Assembly: GCF_044704955.1 (NCBI RefSeq)
Contig: NC_091989.1
Span: 9,858,001 to 9,922,000 of the forward strand
Length of the DNA stretch: 64,000 bases
Direction of reading: 5' to 3'
Origin: Pristiophorus japonicus
Lineage: Eukaryota
Part shown: one piece after another, positions 60,004-64,000 of the stretch
Layout: each line of letters begins with the position of its first letter
Numbering within the stretch: the first letter of the stretch is position 1
The notes under the pieces: model-generated
What the model was told of the DNA's origin: nothing
Databases searched by the model: none
Seen by the model: only the letters and a program-made list of their open reading frames with translations
Made by a program: the position numbers and the translations under genes

Positions 60004-60625
60004 TTATCATCATCATAGGGTACTGAAGTTGCATGTTCAGCCATGAACTCATTGAATGGCGGTGTAGGCTAGAAGGGCCGAATGGCCTACTCCTGCACCT
60101 ATTTTCTATGTTTCTATCATCATAGGCAGTCCCTCAGAATCGAGGAGGACTTGCTTCCACTCCCAAAGTGAGTTCTCTGGTGGCTGAACAGTCTGATATG
60201 AGAGCCACAGACCCTGTTACAGGTGGGACAGACACTCGTCGGGGGTAAGGGGTGGGTGGGGCTGGTTTGCCGCGCGCTCCTTCCGCTGCCTGCGCTTGGC
60301 CTCTTCACGCTCCTTGCGTCGAGACTCTCAAAGAGCTCAGCACCCTCCCGGATGGACTTTCTCCACCTCGGGCGGTCTGCGGCCAGGGTCTCCCAGGTGT
60401 CAAGTGGTGATGTCGCACTTTTACCAGGGAGGCTTGGAGGGTGTCCTTACGACGTTTCCGCTGCCCACCTTTGGCTCGTTTACCATGAAGGAGCTCCGTA
60501 TATAAAGCATTTGCTCAGAGAGTCTCGTATCTGGCATGCGTGCTACGTGGCCTGCCCAGCGAAGCTGATCGAGTGCGGTCAGCGCCTCAACACTGGGGAC
60601 CGCTGGTCCGGGTGGAGGACACCGG
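60004..60625 (-). mobile_element. RTE LINE 3' fragment immediately upstream of the TAF3 promoter, with a 100-bp CR1 tail (60018-60117, +) inserted in its (ATG)n tail
   Basis: DQLRWAGHVARMPDTRL; CATCATAGG duplicated on both sides of the CR1 piece. Confidence 0.82.
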
Positions 60626-60714
60626 TCGCGGACACATGGCACAACACAGGTCTTTCTCAACACGGGGTGGTGGAGGAACATCCTGAGGCTCTGAAAGGCA
60701 CTTTACTAAATCAA

Positions 60715-61094
60715 GCGGACCAATCATTTCCCTCTGCAGCCAGCAGGCTGCGATTGTGGTGGAGGGAGGGGCCGGTCTCCAGGCAACAGCCTGACGAGTC
60801 GATGCGGGGAAATGACATCGATCGATGGCCGATTGCGGCCCGGCGCTCGATGGGTCGCGCCTAGCGGCGGCGGCGGCGAGGAGAGAAAAAAAAAGCCCAA
60901 GATGGCGGCCGGGCAGTGAGGGGCCGAGCGGCGGCTCAGGGGGGAGGACACACACACAGAGAGACAGAGAGAGAGAGAGCCCGGGGCCAGGCCAGGCCGG
61001 CGCGCTGCACCGCCCCTGAGGGGGGAGGACGAGGATTGTGTGTGTGTGTGTGTTGCCCGGGGAGGGGGCCCGCCGGCCGGCCGGCCCGCGAGCG
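60715..61094 (+). promoter_or_regulatory. TAF3 CpG-island promoter / 5' UTR
   Basis: CpG-rich; CCAAT box at ~60720; YY1 consensus CAAGATGGCGGC at 60898-60909; (CA)n(GA)n and (TG)n microsatellites. Confidence 0.8.
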
Positions 61095-61260
61095 ATGTGT
61101 GACGGCTACGGGCGCGCCCTGCTGCGGGTGGCGGTGGCGCAGATCTGCCAGGCGCTGGGCTGGGACGCTGTGCAGCTCACGGCCTGCGACATCCTCACCG
61201 ACCTGCTCAACCGCTACATCGAGCAGCTGAGCCGGGGCTGCCACCGCTACAGCGAGCTGT
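61095..61260 (+). CDS. TAF3: TATA-box binding protein associated factor 3, coding exon 1 (histone-fold/BTP domain start, 166 nt)
   Basis: MCDGYGRALLRVAVAQICQALGWDAVQLTACDILTDLLNRYIEQLSRGCHRYSEL|GTGAGT; matches the TAF3 N-terminus and KIN-ATP5F1C-TAF3 synteny. Confidence 0.95.
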
Positions 61261-61289
61261 GTGAGTAAAGCCAGGCCGGGCCCTCCGCC

Positions 61290-61326
<37 letters not shown>

Positions 61327-61345
61327 CAAACCCACACTCAATCAC

Positions 61346-62503
61346 CGTGGGGCACGGCAAGAGTCCAGGGGGGTTCACGTGGGGCACGGCAAGAGTCCAG
61401 GGGGGTTCACGTGGGGCACGGCAAGAGTCCAGGGGGGTTCACGTGGGGCACGGCAAGAGTCCAGGGGGGTTCACATGGGGCACGGCAAGAGTCCAGGGGG
61501 GTTCACATGGGGCACAGCAAGAGTCCAGGGGGGTTCACGTGGGGCACGGCAAGAGTCCAGGGGGGTTCACATGGGGCACAGCAAGAGTCCAGGGGGGTTC
61601 ACGTGGGGCACAGCAAGAGTCCAGGGGGGTTCACGTGGGGCACGGCAAGAGTCCAGGGGGGTTCACGTGGGGCACGGCAAGAGTCCAGGGGGGTTCACAT
61701 GGGGCACAGCAAGAGTCCAGGGGGGTTCACGTGGGGCACGGCAAGAGTCCAGGGGGGTTCACATGGGGCACAGCAAGAGTCCGGGGGGGTTCACGTGGGG
61801 CACGGCAAGAGCCTGGGGATGTTCACGTGGGGCACAGCAAGAGTCCAGGGGGGTTCACGTGGGGCACAGCAAGAGTCCGGGGCTGTTCACGTGGGGCACA
61901 GCAAGAGTCCAGGGGGGTTCACATGGGGCACAGCAAGAGTCCAGGGGGGTTCACGTGGGGCACAGCAAGAGTCCGGGGCTGTTCACGTGGGGCACAGCAA
62001 GAGTCCGGGCTGTTCACGTGGGGCACAGCAAGAGTCCAGGGGGGTTCACATGGGGCACAGCAAGAGTCCAGGGTTGTTCACGTGGGGCACAGCAAGAGTC
62101 CGGGCTGTTCACGTGGGGCACAGCAAGAGTCCAGGGTTGTTCACGTGGGGCACAGCAAGAGTCCAGGCTGTTCACGTGGGGCACAGCAAGAGTCCAGGGG
62201 GGTTCACGTGGGGCACAGCAAGAGTCCAGGGCTGTTCACGTGGGGCACAGCAAGAGTCCGGGGCTGTTCACGTGGGGCACGGCAAGACTCCAGGGCTTAC
62301 TAACATGGGGCACGGCAAGACTCCAGGGCTGTTCACATGGGGCACGGCAAGACTCCAGGGCTGTTCACATGGGGCACGGCAAGAGTCCAGGACTGACTAA
62401 CATGCGGCAGAGCAAGACTCCAGGGGCTATTCACACGGGGCACAACAAGATCTGGGGGGTTATTAATATGGGGCACAGCAAGACTCCAGGGGGGTTATTA
62501 ACA
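61346..62503 (+). repeat. 32-bp GC-rich minisatellite, ~36 copies, in TAF3 intron 1; degenerate units resume at 63372-63440
   Basis: Unit CACGTGGGGCACGGCAAGAGTCCAGGGGGGTT, with CACATG/CACAGC variants. Confidence 0.97.
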
Positions 62504-63371
62504 TAACATAAGAAATAGGAGCAGGAGTAGACCATTTGGCCCCTTGAGCCTGCTCCGCCATTCAATAAGACTATGGCTGATCTGATCTTGGCCTCAACTC
62601 CACTTCCCTGCCTGCTCCCCATAACCCTGAACTCCCTTATCACTCAAAAATCTGTCTATCTCCACGTTAAATATATTCAATACCAGCCTCCACAGCTCTC
62701 TGGGGCAGAGAATTCCAAAGATTCATGATCCTCTCAGAGAAGAAATTCCTCCTCATATTCTGAAACTATTCCCCCTCGTTCTAGATGCCCCCATGAGGGG
62801 AAGCATCCTTTCTACATCTACCCTGTCTAGTCCCCTCTGAATCTTATACGATTCAATAAGATCACCTCTCATTCTTCTAAATGCCAATTGAGTATAGGCT
62901 CAAACTTTCTTCATAAGACAACCCCTTCATCTCAGGAATCAACCTCGTAAACCTTCTCTAAACTATCTCCAAAGCAAGTATATCCCTCCTTAAAAATGGA
63001 AACCAAAACTGTATGCAGTACTCCAGGTGTATTCTCACCAACACCCTGTACAGTTGTAGCAGGACTTCCCTACTTTTATACTCCATCCCCCTTGCAATAA
63101 AGAACAACATTCCATTTGCCTTCCTTATTACTTGCTGCACCTGCATGCTAACTTTTTGTGTTTCATGTACAAGGACCCCCAGATCCCCCTCTACCTCAGG
63201 ATTTTGTAATCTCTCCCCATTTAAATAATAATTAGCTTTTTTATTTTTCCTACCAAAGTGGATACCTCACATTTTCCCACATTATATTTCATCTGCCAAA
63301 TGTTTGACCACTAACTTAGCCTATCTATAATCCCTTTGCAGATTCTTTGCGTCTTCCTCACAACTTGCTTG
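62500..63371 (-). mobile_element. CR1 LINE 3' fragment inserted in the degenerate end of the TAF3 minisatellite
   Basis: ACATAACATAAGAAA tail; KANGMLFFIARGMEYKSRE; repeat units resume after 63371. Confidence 0.9.
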
Positions 63372-63597
63372 ACATGGGGTACAGCAAGACACCAGGGGTT
63401 ATTAACATGGAACACACGTAGACACTATGGTTTATTAACAGTGCATCAATTGTGTAGATGACACTTTGTAATTATTACTAATCAGTTTGTGGTATATTTT
63501 AGGGATTCCAGTGTCTTGTAAACTTTTACCTGTAGAAACAGTTTTTATTAACACGTCTTGCAAAGACATCACAGGAGTATTTTTGGTTATTACATAT

Positions 63598-64000
63598 CCC
63601 GTGGCTCAGTGGGTAACACTTTCGCCTTTGAGTCAGAAGGTTGTGGGTTCAAGTCCCACTCGAGAGACTTGGGCACAATAAATCTAGGCTGACACTCCAG
63701 TGCAGTGCTGTACTGTCAGAATTGCTGTCTTTCGGTTGAGACATTAAACCGAGGCCCCGTCTCTCAGATGGACGTAAAAGATCCCATGGCACTATTTCGA
63801 AGAAGGGCAGAGGAGTTATACCTAGTGTCCTGGACAATATTTATCCCTTAAATCAGCATTACTTTAAAATTACTTTATCTGGCCATTATCATATTGTTGT
63901 TTGGGGGAGCTTGTGGTGCGCAAATTGGCTGCCGCGTTTCCTACATTACAACAATGACTACTTTTAAAAAGTACTTCATTGGCTGTAAAGCTCTTTGGGA
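63598..64000 (+). mobile_element. Deu-domain SINE copy (runs off the window end)
   Basis: A/B boxes and Deu core. Confidence 0.85.

Noticed and set aside
61261-62506. Three long ORFs (318-379 aa) on the + strand after TAF3 exon 1
   Set aside because: By-products of a stop-free 32-bp tandem repeat lying beyond a canonical GTGAGT donor; open in all three frames

Overview
Vertebrate nuclear DNA, almost certainly from a shark or other cartilaginous fish (inferred from the Deu-domain SINE / CR1 / L2 / RTE repeat landscape). The window holds the conserved KIN - ATP5F1C - TAF3 block. KIN (KIN17) coding exons 1-5 are on the minus strand, head-to-head with a complete ATP5F1C (ATP synthase F1 gamma; exons 1-8, a candidate tissue-specific cassette exon 9, and exon 10) across a ~0.5 kb CpG-rich bidirectional promoter. 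The promoter and first exon of TAF3 lie near the right end. Introns and intergenic DNA are dense with nested retroelements (CR1, L2, RTE, Tx1, Vingi-like, Penelope-like, SINEs), plus a full-length but decayed Ty3/Gypsy element, a MITE and two minisatellites. The most unusual signal is a ~500 bp CR1-derived segment (48410-48903) in which most sense-strand A's have become G. This looks like an ADAR-hyperedited RNA that was reverse-transcribed back into the genome, as part of a minisatellite+LINE composite insertion. All alignments and counts were made by eye, and repeat boundaries are approximate.
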